Shown here piece after piece: positions 28,883-36,760 of a stretch of 44,045 bases of DNA (position 1 is its first letter; every line of letters starts with the position of its first letter). Where the stretch lies: NCBI GenBank assembly GCA_021802505.1, contig JAJZXE010000005.1, positions 1 to 44,045 of the forward strand. The letters are read 5' to 3'. Below the pieces are notes generated by a model that had not been told where the DNA came from, ran no database searches, and was given only the letters and a program-made list of their open reading frames with translations. This DNA comes from Nanobdellota archaeon. GTDB lineage: Archaea > Nanobdellota > Nanobdellia > Parvarchaeales > Parvarchaeaceae. The translations under genes were made by a program, and so were the position numbers.

Positions 28883-29119
28883 TCAGTGCCTCTCATTACG
28901 GAACTTTCTTATTATTGTCGTCGTATCACCGTCTTTTTCGAGTTTTATTTCACTGGACAGCCTGTGCATTATAGATAATGCCAAAGCAGTATTCTTCTGT
29001 TTTTCGATTTCATGATTTATGAAACGCCGTATTGCCTCCGACCAGTTAATTTTCAAACGTTTCATTTTGTCCTTGGTTTCTTCATTTACTTTTACCACCA
29101 CTTCAACTTGCCTTGTCAT
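28883..29119 (-). CDS. vapB: VapB-type RHH antitoxin
   Basis: VVVKVNEETKDKMKRLKINWSEAIRRFI...IIRKFRNER; 2 nt upstream of vapC. Confidence 0.85.
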   Translation of the reverse strand: MTRQVEVVVKVNEETKDKMKRLKINWSEAIRRFINHEIEKQKNTALALSIMHRLSSEIKLEKDGDTTTIIRKFRNERH

Positions 29120-29142
29120 ACTTATGTTAGTATCATACTTAT

Positions 29143-29169
29143 TATATATACTTTACGTACGATACGTAC
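29143..29169 (-). promoter_or_regulatory. TATA box with adjacent tandem TACGTAC repeat (putative antitoxin operator)
   Basis: TATATATA at 29143-29150, ~30 nt before ATG 29119; TACGTAC at 29154 and 29163. Confidence 0.55.
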
Positions 29170-29288
29170 ATGTGAATTTAACTCCTATAACACCATAAAA
29201 AACGTTGGGGTGGTATTTAATATTAATGACTAACGCCAAGTAGTAACTATAGAAAAGTATTTATACTAGTTGTTTTCTTAGTAGCTAC

Positions 29289-29675
29289 ATGGAAAAAGAA
29301 AAAAAATTAGAAAGCATACTCTCAGAAGCCATCGATCTGGTCGCTAAAAAGGGACATTATGAACGAAATAAAGGGTGGCGCGTCTACGATGAAAAGGAAC
29401 CCAAGGGCAAGTTCCTGGGAATATTCCAGAAATATGAACATCAGTTCACAGTCGTACACGAGAAGACAAGATATAGAATCGGCGTTGATGAATTGGATGA
29501 AAACGTAACAATATATGATCGGGATACTCCTGTCTTCAGGGCAAGTGCTGCATCGCTTTATGATGAGACGGGCAAAAGAGTAGGGGCTGACCCCTATAGT
29601 TTTCACATAAACTCTTACGTTCCGGGCGAATGGGAACGACACTTAGATGATCTGTACTCAGGCCTCAAAAAGTGA
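29289..29675 (+). CDS. Hypothetical protein (128 aa)
   Basis: Clean ORF with AGAAAAGTATTTATA BRE/TATA 29 nt upstream; no family recognised. Confidence 0.75.
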   Translation: MEKEKKLESILSEAIDLVAKKGHYERNKGWRVYDEKEPKGKFLGIFQKYEHQFTVVHEKTRYRIGVDELDENVTIYDRDTPVFRASAASLYDETGKRVGADPYSFHINSYVPGEWERHLDDLYSGLKK

Positions 29676-29678
29676 TGC

Positions 29679-29748
29679 GTGTTATCTCTATATAACATTA
29701 ATTTTATTTTAGGTTAATTGTATATAACACAAACTAAGGATACTTGTG
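29679..29748 (+). repeat. ~70-bp palindromic element, copy 1
   Basis: GTGTTATCTCTATATAAC-16 nt-GTTAATTGTATATAACAC-AAACTAAGGATACTTGTG; 62/70 identical to 31596-31665 by manual alignment. Confidence 0.9.
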
Positions 29749-29930
29749 AAATTTTATGTATCAATACTGATTAATAAATATCAATAATGAATCTTGTATG
29801 TCAAAAATGACATATAGAAAAATACGAGCCAACGGAAGCATCCTACACCATGGAAGAAAACTATTAAAGAAAGTAAATTAATTTAATATTATTAAAAAGC
29901 AATATAATTAAAAAATTAAAACGGTGCCAA

Positions 29931-30158
29931 ATGGTTTATAGAAACAAAATGAATAGATGCTTATCACAGGTGTATCATAATATAAAACTGCACTTTAGTC
30001 CTTCCTATCAGGCGGCATCCGCATTAGTGTTAAATCAAAAGGTAACTCCCAGCAACTTGGAGCATCTGGTTGCGGTAGCGGAAGGAAAGGAAGCAGGGGT
30101 TACGTACGATTCAGAGGTTTTAAATTACGCAGGGAAGATCTTGAAAGGAGAGCTGTGA
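29931..30158 (+). CDS. Short hypothetical protein or gene remnant
   Basis: 75-aa ORF in AT-rich DNA with protein-like composition; start uncertain (29931 or 29949). Confidence 0.4.
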   Translation: MVYRNKMNRCLSQVYHNIKLHFSPSYQAASALVLNQKVTPSNLEHLVAVAEGKEAGVTYDSEVLNYAGKILKGEL

Positions 30159-30359
30159 AGTTTATACAAAGCCGCCGAAAATACTTGCAGTTACGGCTAG
30201 AGAGATTAGACAGGTTTTTATTACTGTGTGAGTATTCTTACGTGACGCACATTGAATAGTAACTTCAACAATTGCAAGGTCAATAAGTAATAATGGATAA
30301 TGAACGTGAACTGGGTTCATTCCAAATTATCTTGAAAGTGTTTAAAGACATAACTATCT

Positions 30360-30583
30360 ATGACGAAGGTAATAAAGGTAGATGTAGATTAGCGGACTGC
30401 TAAGCAATTCAGGGAAAAGGTTGTACAGATCTATGGTTATAAAAAAGGTGCAATGAAAAAAGCGTTAGAAACTTTAATAAAGTGATGATAACAGAGAGCA
30501 AATTAGACGAGTCCGCATTGCAGGGTGTGATAAAATCAGACAAAATTTCTACAGTAATTCAGCACAAGACCTTTAAAAGATGA
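30360..30583 (+). pseudogene. Antitoxin pseudogene (RHH-like)
   Basis: MTKVIKVDVD*RTAKQFREKVVQIYGYKKGAMKKALETLIK with in-frame TAG at 30390, then a frameshift to ...LQGVIKSDKISTVIQHKTFKR*, whose stop overlaps the next ATG. Confidence 0.75.
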
Positions 30584-30712
30584 ACTTATTGATACAAACA
30601 TCTTCTTGGAGCCTTTTCTTGGCCAGAAAAAGGCAGTCAAATGTGAGGAGTTCCTTAAAAAAAGTTGTTGGGGAGAAGACAGAATCATTGTGGCTTCGTT
30701 TACTTCAATAAA
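30580..30712 (+). pseudogene. PIN-domain (VapC) toxin pseudogene, frameshifted and truncated
   Basis: ATG 30580 is out of frame with LIDTNIFLEPFLGQKKAVKCEEFLKK, a typical VapC N-terminus; resemblance ends at the promoter of the MNT gene. Confidence 0.8.
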
Positions 30713-30751
30713 GCGGTTAAGGTTTAAATTTATACACATCCTTTTGACTAC

Positions 30752-31138
30752 ATGAACAGGACAATAAGTTTAGAATATAAGGAAATTGCACAGGAATTTA
30801 CTAAGCGTGCAGTTGCCAGACTAGGAGGTAAAATAACCGCGATATTACTGTATGGCTCGGTTTCAAGAGGAGAAGCAAATAAATACAGCGATATAGATCT
30901 GCTTGTATTGAGCAATTACGCTAATAGCCCCTTGTTTAGACGCCAGCTATCAAGGATAGCCACAAAACTCGAGGAGGAGGACGAATTCTCTTTTTATATC
31001 TCCATTTTTCCGATATTGCCAAAAGATCTTTTAAGAAACGTTAGATGGGGGGTTCCCTTTATAAGAAATGTAAAAAAAGATGCGGTGGAGTTGTATGGCG
31101 GAAAAATATTCCAAAAACTTACTAGAGAACTATCTTAA
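30752..31138 (+). CDS. Minimal nucleotidyltransferase (MNT) antitoxin
   Basis: LYGSVSRGEANKYSDIDLLV (GS...DxD motif); overlaps the HEPN gene. Confidence 0.92.
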   Translation: MNRTISLEYKEIAQEFTKRAVARLGGKITAILLYGSVSRGEANKYSDIDLLVLSNYANSPLFRRQLSRIATKLEEEDEFSFYISIFPILPKDLLRNVRWGVPFIRNVKKDAVELYGGKIFQKLTRELS

Positions 31139-31493
31139 AGTTGCTGACGAAGCGTTGCGAGATGCTAAATCTAGGTATAATGAGAATAGTTTTCGAGCCG
31201 CTGCTCATTCAGCATATTACGCTATGTTTTATTCGGCAAATGCAGCACTAATAAAAATAGGAGCCGAATTACCTAGAACACATCAAGGTTTAGTTGCACG
31301 GTTCAATTACCATTATATACGAACCAAAATTATAAAAGACAACTTCTCCGATTATTTAAGAACGGCCATGGAATTGCGGCTCAGTGGAGATTACAACGTT
31401 ACAATCGAACCCGATAAACGCTTAGTATTAAGTACTATAAATAACGCGCAAGAGTTTGTAACTACAATAAAAAAGATTGTAAACAAGAAATAA
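31095..31493 (+). CDS. HEPN-domain protein (toxin partner of MNT)
   Basis: Start MAEKY at 31095; SAYYAMFYSANAAL, PRTHQGL, RLSGDY (R-x4-Y variant). Confidence 0.92.
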   Translation: MAEKYSKNLLENYLKVADEALRDAKSRYNENSFRAAAHSAYYAMFYSANAALIKIGAELPRTHQGLVARFNYHYIRTKIIKDNFSDYLRTAMELRLSGDYNVTIEPDKRLVLSTINNAQEFVTTIKKIVNKK

Positions 31494-31595
31494 CAGCCAG
31501 ATTTCTATTATGGAAAAAATATTTGGCAGCAATAACGGCGTAGCCATAAACATTAAGTGGGTTTCGCCTCGGATCTTGATTCCCCTTCTTGATAT

Positions 31596-31665
31596 GTGTT
31601 ATCTCTGTATAACGCTAATTCTATTTTAGGTTAATTGTATATAACACAAACCATGAATATTTGTG
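31596..31665 (+). repeat. ~70-bp palindromic element, copy 2
   Basis: GTGTTATCTCTGTATAAC-16 nt-GTTAATTGTATATAACAC-AAACCATGAATATTTGTG; direct repeat of 29679-29748. Confidence 0.9.
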
Positions 31666-31974
31666 GCCTTCTGCTCCAGTCTAGTTAATTCCATATTTAT
31701 ATTTGTGTAAGATAGTTATTGTATAAATGACTCTCTTCCATAATTTTAAAAGGAGTATACTGTAAGGAGTAGTATAACTATATTTAGTTTCAAGGGGTAA
31801 ATTGACAGTATGCCTTAAAAAGCTAAAATCTCTCTTCACAAGTATTTTTGTGATTTGGTGCTTTACTGTTTTCTTTTAGGTAGAGCACTTTAAGCACCGT
31901 TTGTATTATTTACAGGTATTAAGATAAATGGCCCTTCTTCTCATACGTATACTATTTTAGCATATAAAGCAGAA

Positions 31975-32001
31975 TGTAAACAAATTGTAAACATTTATAA
32001 A
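31975..32001 (+). promoter_or_regulatory. Tandem TGTAAACA repeat abutting a TATA box (putative antitoxin operator)
   Basis: TGTAAACA at 31975 and 31986; TTTATAAA at 31994, 29 nt before ATG 32023. Confidence 0.6.
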
Positions 32002-32022
32002 CTTTAAGCATCTAATAATTGT

Positions 32023-32256
32023 ATGGCAGACAGCGAAGTTATCTCTGTGAGAATTCCGAAGGGCTTAAAGAGAGAATTGAAAAAGAATAAAATAGATTAC
32101 ACGAGGGAGACGCGTAAATTTTTAGAGAATCTTGTGCGGAGAGCACGTTTGGAAGTAACGATGGGAAAGATGATAAAAACTTCTGCTTCATTAAAGAAAC
32201 CAGTAACTAACTTGGCCGCTAAGATAATTAGGGAAGACCGGGAGCATGGGCATTGA
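32023..32256 (+). CDS. vapB: VapB-type RHH antitoxin
   Basis: SEVISVRIPKGLKREL...AAKIIREDRE; overlaps vapC. Confidence 0.88.
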   Translation: MADSEVISVRIPKGLKRELKKNKIDYTRETRKFLENLVRRARLEVTMGKMIKTSASLKKPVTNLAAKIIREDREHGH

Positions 32257-32680
32257 AGAAATAGTTTTGGATTCCTCTGCAATTGTAGCTATGCAAGTGA
32301 AGGAGAAATATAGTACGTGGGTTATGAACAAGTTATCAGGCTACTTTAGTTTTGATATATTAGAATTAACTCCTTATGAAGTGTTTAACGCACTTAGCAC
32401 ATACAAAAGAAGAGGCATGCTAAACAATGATAAATACCAGGATATAATAAATAACACAAAGGATTTTCTAGATGACTGTAATGTTTATGGATATGATAAT
32501 GTGCTTTATTCTGCACTGGCAATATCAGCAGACTCAAAAATAGCTTTATATGATTCTGCCTATATAGCTTTAGCAAACAAGCTAAGATGTAAGCTGTTGA
32601 CTGTAGATCTGGCCCTTTACAATAAATTGTCAGATGTCCCCGCGCTGAAAGAGCTGCTTGTAACCCCTCTTAATAATTGA
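32246..32680 (+). CDS. vapC: PIN-domain toxin (VapC family)
   Basis: IVLDSSA, YEVFNAL, ALYDSAYIALA, LLTVDLAL. Confidence 0.92.
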   Translation: MGIEEIVLDSSAIVAMQVKEKYSTWVMNKLSGYFSFDILELTPYEVFNALSTYKRRGMLNNDKYQDIINNTKDFLDDCNVYGYDNVLYSALAISADSKIALYDSAYIALANKLRCKLLTVDLALYNKLSDVPALKELLVTPLNN

Positions 32681-32807
32681 ATCAAGTTAATACAGCCTGT
32701 TTAAATCCTTTGAAATAGTATTTTTGAAAGACAACGGAAAACAGGTACATAGAGTTACAGCGGTGGCGGGCACGAGTTATTTTATATGGCCCTTTCCTTC
32801 TGATTAT

Positions 32808-33503
32808 ATGGACATTGAAGATCTTCCGTTTAGATTTAAAAAAGGGTCGCGTGCCATAGCCAGCGGAGAATACTCTATCGTGGGGGATATCCACCTCGGT
32901 TTTGAGGAGGATATAAACAGCAGAGGGTATAACGTATGGGAGAAGACCGAGGAAATAACCGATGAGATAAAATCGCTCAGGTCGAAAAAACTCATTCTTT
33001 TAGGGGATATACGGAAGGAATACACCGAGATAAAACCGAAAGAAGGCGGCATACTGATAAAATTCTTCTCCATTCTTTCAGATAATTTTGATGAGATTAT
33101 AATAACAAAGGGAAATCATGACGGCGGCCTCGAAAAGATAACAGGTAGATTTGCAAACATTTCGATGGTAAACGAGTTTATACTCGGTAAAATCGGTTTT
33201 ATGCACGGCCATGCCCTGCCATCCAAAAAGTTTGCGCAGGAAGCGGAAACACTGTGTATGAGTCACCTTCATCCTTCCGTGGTACTAAGGGATTCAAACG
33301 GTATTTATTACCAAAAAGACTGTTTTTTCGTTCTTAGCATCGGTCTGCCCGAAAAATTATATCCGAAATCCGTCCTAAAGAAGGGGATAGTCGTACCTAA
33401 ATTTAATCCGTACATCGGAAGCTCCGCCGATGTGGATTATAAAGGGGTAATGAAATACGCCGAGATAGACAGCAGAATGACCATAGATCTCGCGGTATTT
33501 TGA
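32808..33503 (+). CDS. Calcineurin-like metallophosphoesterase
   Basis: GDIHLG, LGD, KGNHD, MHGH, SHLHP motifs; ATG 32808 lies ~29 nt after a TTTTATA box. Confidence 0.9.
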   Translation: MDIEDLPFRFKKGSRAIASGEYSIVGDIHLGFEEDINSRGYNVWEKTEEITDEIKSLRSKKLILLGDIRKEYTEIKPKEGGILIKFFSILSDNFDEIIITKGNHDGGLEKITGRFANISMVNEFILGKIGFMHGHALPSKKFAQEAETLCMSHLHPSVVLRDSNGIYYQKDCFFVLSIGLPEKLYPKSVLKKGIVVPKFNPYIGSSADVDYKGVMKYAEIDSRMTIDLAVF

Positions 33504-33544
33504 AAAAGGAACGGTTATAAATTTAAACTCTCCTTATAAGTATT

Positions 33545-34477
33545 ATGAGTCCCGGGGAATTTTGGGTTTTTGCGGTGGGAGTGATAGTGCTTGTGCTGCT
33601 GTTCCTCTTCAGTCTGTTCGTACCCAGCCTGTTTTACATCTTTCTTATCATATTTATCGTACTTTTGGCCGTGATATTCTTCATAACATTTGTGAAGAAA
33701 TACAGCCAGTTTGAAAGAGGGATAATTTTTAGGCTGGGAAAGTTCAACAGGATAGCCGGGCCGGGCTGGGCCGTAGTTGTACCGTTTTTTGAGGAGGAGT
33801 ACAAGAAAGTAGATGTGCGTGTTAAAATGATGGATATAAGCTCTCCAGATATATTCACTTCAGATGATCTTAAATTATCTATAGATGGCACCATATACTA
33901 CCAGATAGTCGATCCGGAAAAAGCCACGCTTCAGATAGACAATTACGGCCAGGGTCTATCAAATCTTGTGCAGTCCGCCGTCAGGAATGCAATAGCCTCT
34001 TTAACAATGAGGCAGGTTTTTGGCAGTTTGGACAGGCTTAATGACATATTAGCGGATGCGATAAGACATATGACCTGGAAATGGGGCATTGATGTTCCAT
34101 CGGTACAGATAAAAACGGTTTCTCCTTCTAACGAGGTTATACAGGCCATGCAGCAGCCGGAGATATCGGCCAATCTGCTGCAGGCGCAGAGGTTCAAGGC
34201 CGAGGCTCAGAAGATTGTGATAGAAGCCATCGGAGAAGGTGGAAAGTCGCTGGATGACAGGTCTATAATGTATCTCTACCTGCAGGCGCTTAAGCAGATG
34301 GGGGAATCCAGTTCGTCGAAGATAGTCCTTCCGATGCAGTTCATGCAGAATGCGGGCGGCATGCTCGGAGGAATAGCCGGGTTATCGACAACGGCTTTAG
34401 CTTCTTTGGGCGGGCAGGAAAACGTGCAGAATGTAATTGACAAGATAAAGGAAAAGATGTCCCAGGCAAATTCCTAG
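33545..34477 (+). CDS. SPFH / band 7 (stomatin-like) membrane protein
   Basis: N-terminal TM segments; ERGIIFRLGKF...GPG, VDVRV, IYYQIVDP, WKWGI. Confidence 0.92.
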   Translation: MSPGEFWVFAVGVIVLVLLFLFSLFVPSLFYIFLIIFIVLLAVIFFITFVKKYSQFERGIIFRLGKFNRIAGPGWAVVVPFFEEEYKKVDVRVKMMDISSPDIFTSDDLKLSIDGTIYYQIVDPEKATLQIDNYGQGLSNLVQSAVRNAIASLTMRQVFGSLDRLNDILADAIRHMTWKWGIDVPSVQIKTVSPSNEVIQAMQQPEISANLLQAQRFKAEAQKIVIEAIGEGGKSLDDRSIMYLYLQALKQMGESSSSKIVLPMQFMQNAGGMLGGIAGLSTTALASLGGQENVQNVIDKIKEKMSQANS

Positions 34478-35193
34478 GGGGATATACCTAATATCTTGTA
34501 TATCTGTTTCATGTCTTCTATTATGTAATCCGGCTCTGATTTGGACACTCTGCCTTTTTCAGTGTTATATCTATCGAACAAAACGGTAAACATGCCTGCT
34601 GATTTTGCGTTGTCTATGTCTACCTCCGGCACATCTCCTATAAACAGCACCTCATCTGGCTTTAAACCCATAAGCCCGGCGGTTCTCTTGAAAGCGCCGG
34701 GGTCGGACTTGCTTTCAGGGATTCCTTCTCTTGCAATGATCTTAACGTCAAATTTTTCCATAAAACCGATCTTTTCCAGGGTCTTTCTCTTTAAACCGGT
34801 GTACATTCCTTCGCCCGTGAGCAGGCCCATCTTCAAGCCGTTGTTCTTGATGGCGTCAATGACTTCTTCTATCCCTTCTGTAAATTCCATCCTGGTCAGC
34901 AATACCTCCTCAAATGTATCGGAGTATTTCCTGATTTTTTCCCGGTCCATATCAAATCCGCTGGCCTTCGCAAATAGCTCGTAGAAAAGTTCTTTATGCC
35001 TGTAACTCGGTTCTATTTTTTTGTATTCTATATCTGTCTTTGCGTGCATCTCATTGAAAAAATCTTCGCTTATCTCATCAAAATCCCTTTTCATCTCGTT
35101 TATTACTTCTTTATTCGCATCATCTATTATTTTGGAGGAATTCAATATCGTGTTGTCCAGATCAAATATCACTCCCTTTATCTCTTTTTTCAT
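34474..35193 (-). CDS. HAD superfamily hydrolase
   Basis: Motif I IFDLDNTI, motif II LLT, motif IV FIGDVPEVDIDNAKSAGM. Confidence 0.92.
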   Translation of the reverse strand: MKKEIKGVIFDLDNTILNSSKIIDDANKEVINEMKRDFDEISEDFFNEMHAKTDIEYKKIEPSYRHKELFYELFAKASGFDMDREKIRKYSDTFEEVLLTRMEFTEGIEEVIDAIKNNGLKMGLLTGEGMYTGLKRKTLEKIGFMEKFDVKIIAREGIPESKSDPGAFKRTAGLMGLKPDEVLFIGDVPEVDIDNAKSAGMFTVLFDRYNTEKGRVSKSEPDYIIEDMKQIYKILGISP

Positions 35194-35205
35194 AGCTTAA
35201 ATGAT

Positions 35206-35277
35206 AGCCTCCGACGGGTGCTGGCCCCGCGACCTTCTGCTTACAAGGCAGACGCTCTACCGCTGAGCTACGGAGGC
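35206..35277 (-). tRNA. tRNA-Thr (anticodon UGU) with non-canonical T-loop; CCA not encoded
   Basis: GCCTCCG TA GCTC AGCGGTA GAGC G TCTGC CTTGTAA GCAGA AGGTC GCGGG GCCAGCA CCCGT CGGAGGC T: all four stems pair, 72 nt, discriminator U73. Confidence 0.9.
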
Positions 35278-35347
35278 TTTTCAGCCTCTAAATAGTCTAT
35301 TACATTGAAATGAACTTATATATTTTATGCTTAACCTATACTGTTAA

Positions 35348-35971
35348 ATGGAAGAATATGAAGTAATAGAGCATCTCAAATCCGGTTCGAAGCCAGCGGA
35401 TAACAAATTCCTTATAGTGGCCATAAACTATAAAGAGCCCACGTACGTAAAATTCGAAAGTGATCAGGATTTTAAGGTCGGAGACAAAGTTAATATGGAA
35501 AATAAGGATGTTTTTTTTCAGGGTAAAAAGATAGGCGAGGTAAGAGAGGTAAAAAAAGCAAATGACGTGAAAATAGATACAAGATACGACATAAAATACA
35601 CGGGCGGCTATTCGGTAGACGGCAAAAAGGTCTATCTTGATGAACATTTTCCGAAGACAATAACCGTTGACGGCAAAGTTGTGGACACCGTGGAAAGCAT
35701 AGACAGACATCATGAAGTTACAGAAAAATGGCTTGTTGACGATGCATACGAGTACGCATATGCGCATGAAATAGCTACAAAGATAGAACGGGAATACATC
35801 GAATCCATCGGGGTAAACTGGGATGATTACTGCAAGGAAGTCAACAGAAACCTTCATGAAGTTTACATGACAAAAGCCGAAAAAACCCCCTCGGATCTGG
35901 ACCTCGCGCCATACTTTTATTCAAAGGATGAAAAAGCCCTCAAGGAAATAAGGGAAACAAAAAATAATTGA
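35348..35971 (+). CDS. Hypothetical protein, possible zincin-like metalloprotein
   Basis: GYSVDGKKVYLD, HHEVTEK, AHEIA...E pattern of candidate metal ligands. Confidence 0.6.
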   Translation: MEEYEVIEHLKSGSKPADNKFLIVAINYKEPTYVKFESDQDFKVGDKVNMENKDVFFQGKKIGEVREVKKANDVKIDTRYDIKYTGGYSVDGKKVYLDEHFPKTITVDGKVVDTVESIDRHHEVTEKWLVDDAYEYAYAHEIATKIEREYIESIGVNWDDYCKEVNRNLHEVYMTKAEKTPSDLDLAPYFYSKDEKALKEIRETKNN

Positions 35972-36010
35972 GTTGCAAAGCATTAATATTGTATTTTACT
36001 ACTTTCTTTA

Positions 36011-36760
36011 ATGGAAGACAAATTCATTGATGTCCATGCCCATCTGAGCGATCCTTCTTTTACAGATAGGAAAAAAGAGCTGTTTTCAATGTTAAAGGAT
36101 TCATACTTAGTTCTCAATGCCGGCGAAAATTCCGTTCAGGACAGAAAAATACTCGATGAAAGCCGTAACTTAAGTTTTCTTCTTCCGTGCATAGGCCTGC
36201 ATCCGAACGAAATAGCCAGGATGGCATATGAGGACGCAGAAAAAGAACTCGCTTATTTTTCACAGAATATCGCGGACTTTTTTGCGGTATCCGAAGTGGG
36301 TTTGGATTACAGGGGAAAAGACACCTACCAGATGGAGCAGGAAAAAGAATTTTTTTATAGGATTCTTGAGCTGTCAGAAATAAACAAAAAAGTGTGTATA
36401 ATCCACAGCAGAAAAGCCATAGAGGACGTATTTGATGCCGTGTCCGGTTTCAAGGTAAAGGCAATCCTGCACAATTTCGAGGGGAATCTGCGGAATCTTA
36501 AAAAAGCGGAGGAATTAGGACTGTACATAAGCGTGTCAACCGGTTTTATCAGGTTCAAAAAGGACAACGTAATAAAAAACATAGCCCTTGACAGACTTTT
36601 TACCGAAACTGATTCGCCGGTCCTCAGCCCCGACAGTGGTATAAATACTCCGCTCAATCTACCTAAACTATTAAACTATATATCAAGTATAAGAAACATG
36701 GGTGTAAATGACTTAAAATCTGCGGTCTATAACAATTTCAAGAGAGTATTTTATGATTGA
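36011..36760 (+). CDS. tatD: TatD family nuclease
   Basis: IDVHAH, GLHP, EVGLDY, IHSR, LHNF, TETDSP. Confidence 0.94.
   Translation: MEDKFIDVHAHLSDPSFTDRKKELFSMLKDSYLVLNAGENSVQDRKILDESRNLSFLLPCIGLHPNEIARMAYEDAEKELAYFSQNIADFFAVSEVGLDYRGKDTYQMEQEKEFFYRILELSEINKKVCIIHSRKAIEDVFDAVSGFKVKAILHNFEGNLRNLKKAEELGLYISVSTGFIRFKKDNVIKNIALDRLFTETDSPVLSPDSGINTPLNLPKLLNYISSIRNMGVNDLKSAVYNNFKRVFYD

Larger units (their letters stand above)
28377..32690. mobile_element. AT-rich toxin-antitoxin island / insertion hotspot (no recombinase visible)
   Basis: Visibly AT-richer, long intergenic gaps, four TA loci (one decayed), orphan ORFs and a duplicated 70-bp element, between tightly packed core genes. Confidence 0.6.

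Noticed and set aside
28385-30262. Shared 11-mer TGACGCACATT (inverted, at 28431 and 30243) within loose hairpins
   Set aside because: An 11-nt match within a few kb is near chance level and the flanks align only with large gaps.
30360-30583. Stop-codon recoding (TAG read-through) to rescue the antitoxin
   Set aside because: Frameshifts occur in the same locus, and TAG ends intact genes elsewhere (scpA, atpE, ndk), so decay is the simpler explanation.
29679-31665. CRISPR array or canonical integron attC reading of the duplicated element
   Set aside because: Only two copies 1.9 kb apart, no spacers or cas genes; box polarity is opposite to attC and no integrase is in the window.
31680-31944. 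Possible decayed RelE/ParE-like toxin on the minus strand
   Set aside because: Multiple stops and only a vague resemblance; cannot be supported without a homology search.
35206-35277. Intron-containing, split or permuted tRNA, or a tRNA integration site
   Set aside because: The cloverleaf is contiguous at 72 nt with no bulge-helix-bulge insertion, and I saw no long duplicate of its 3' end in the window.
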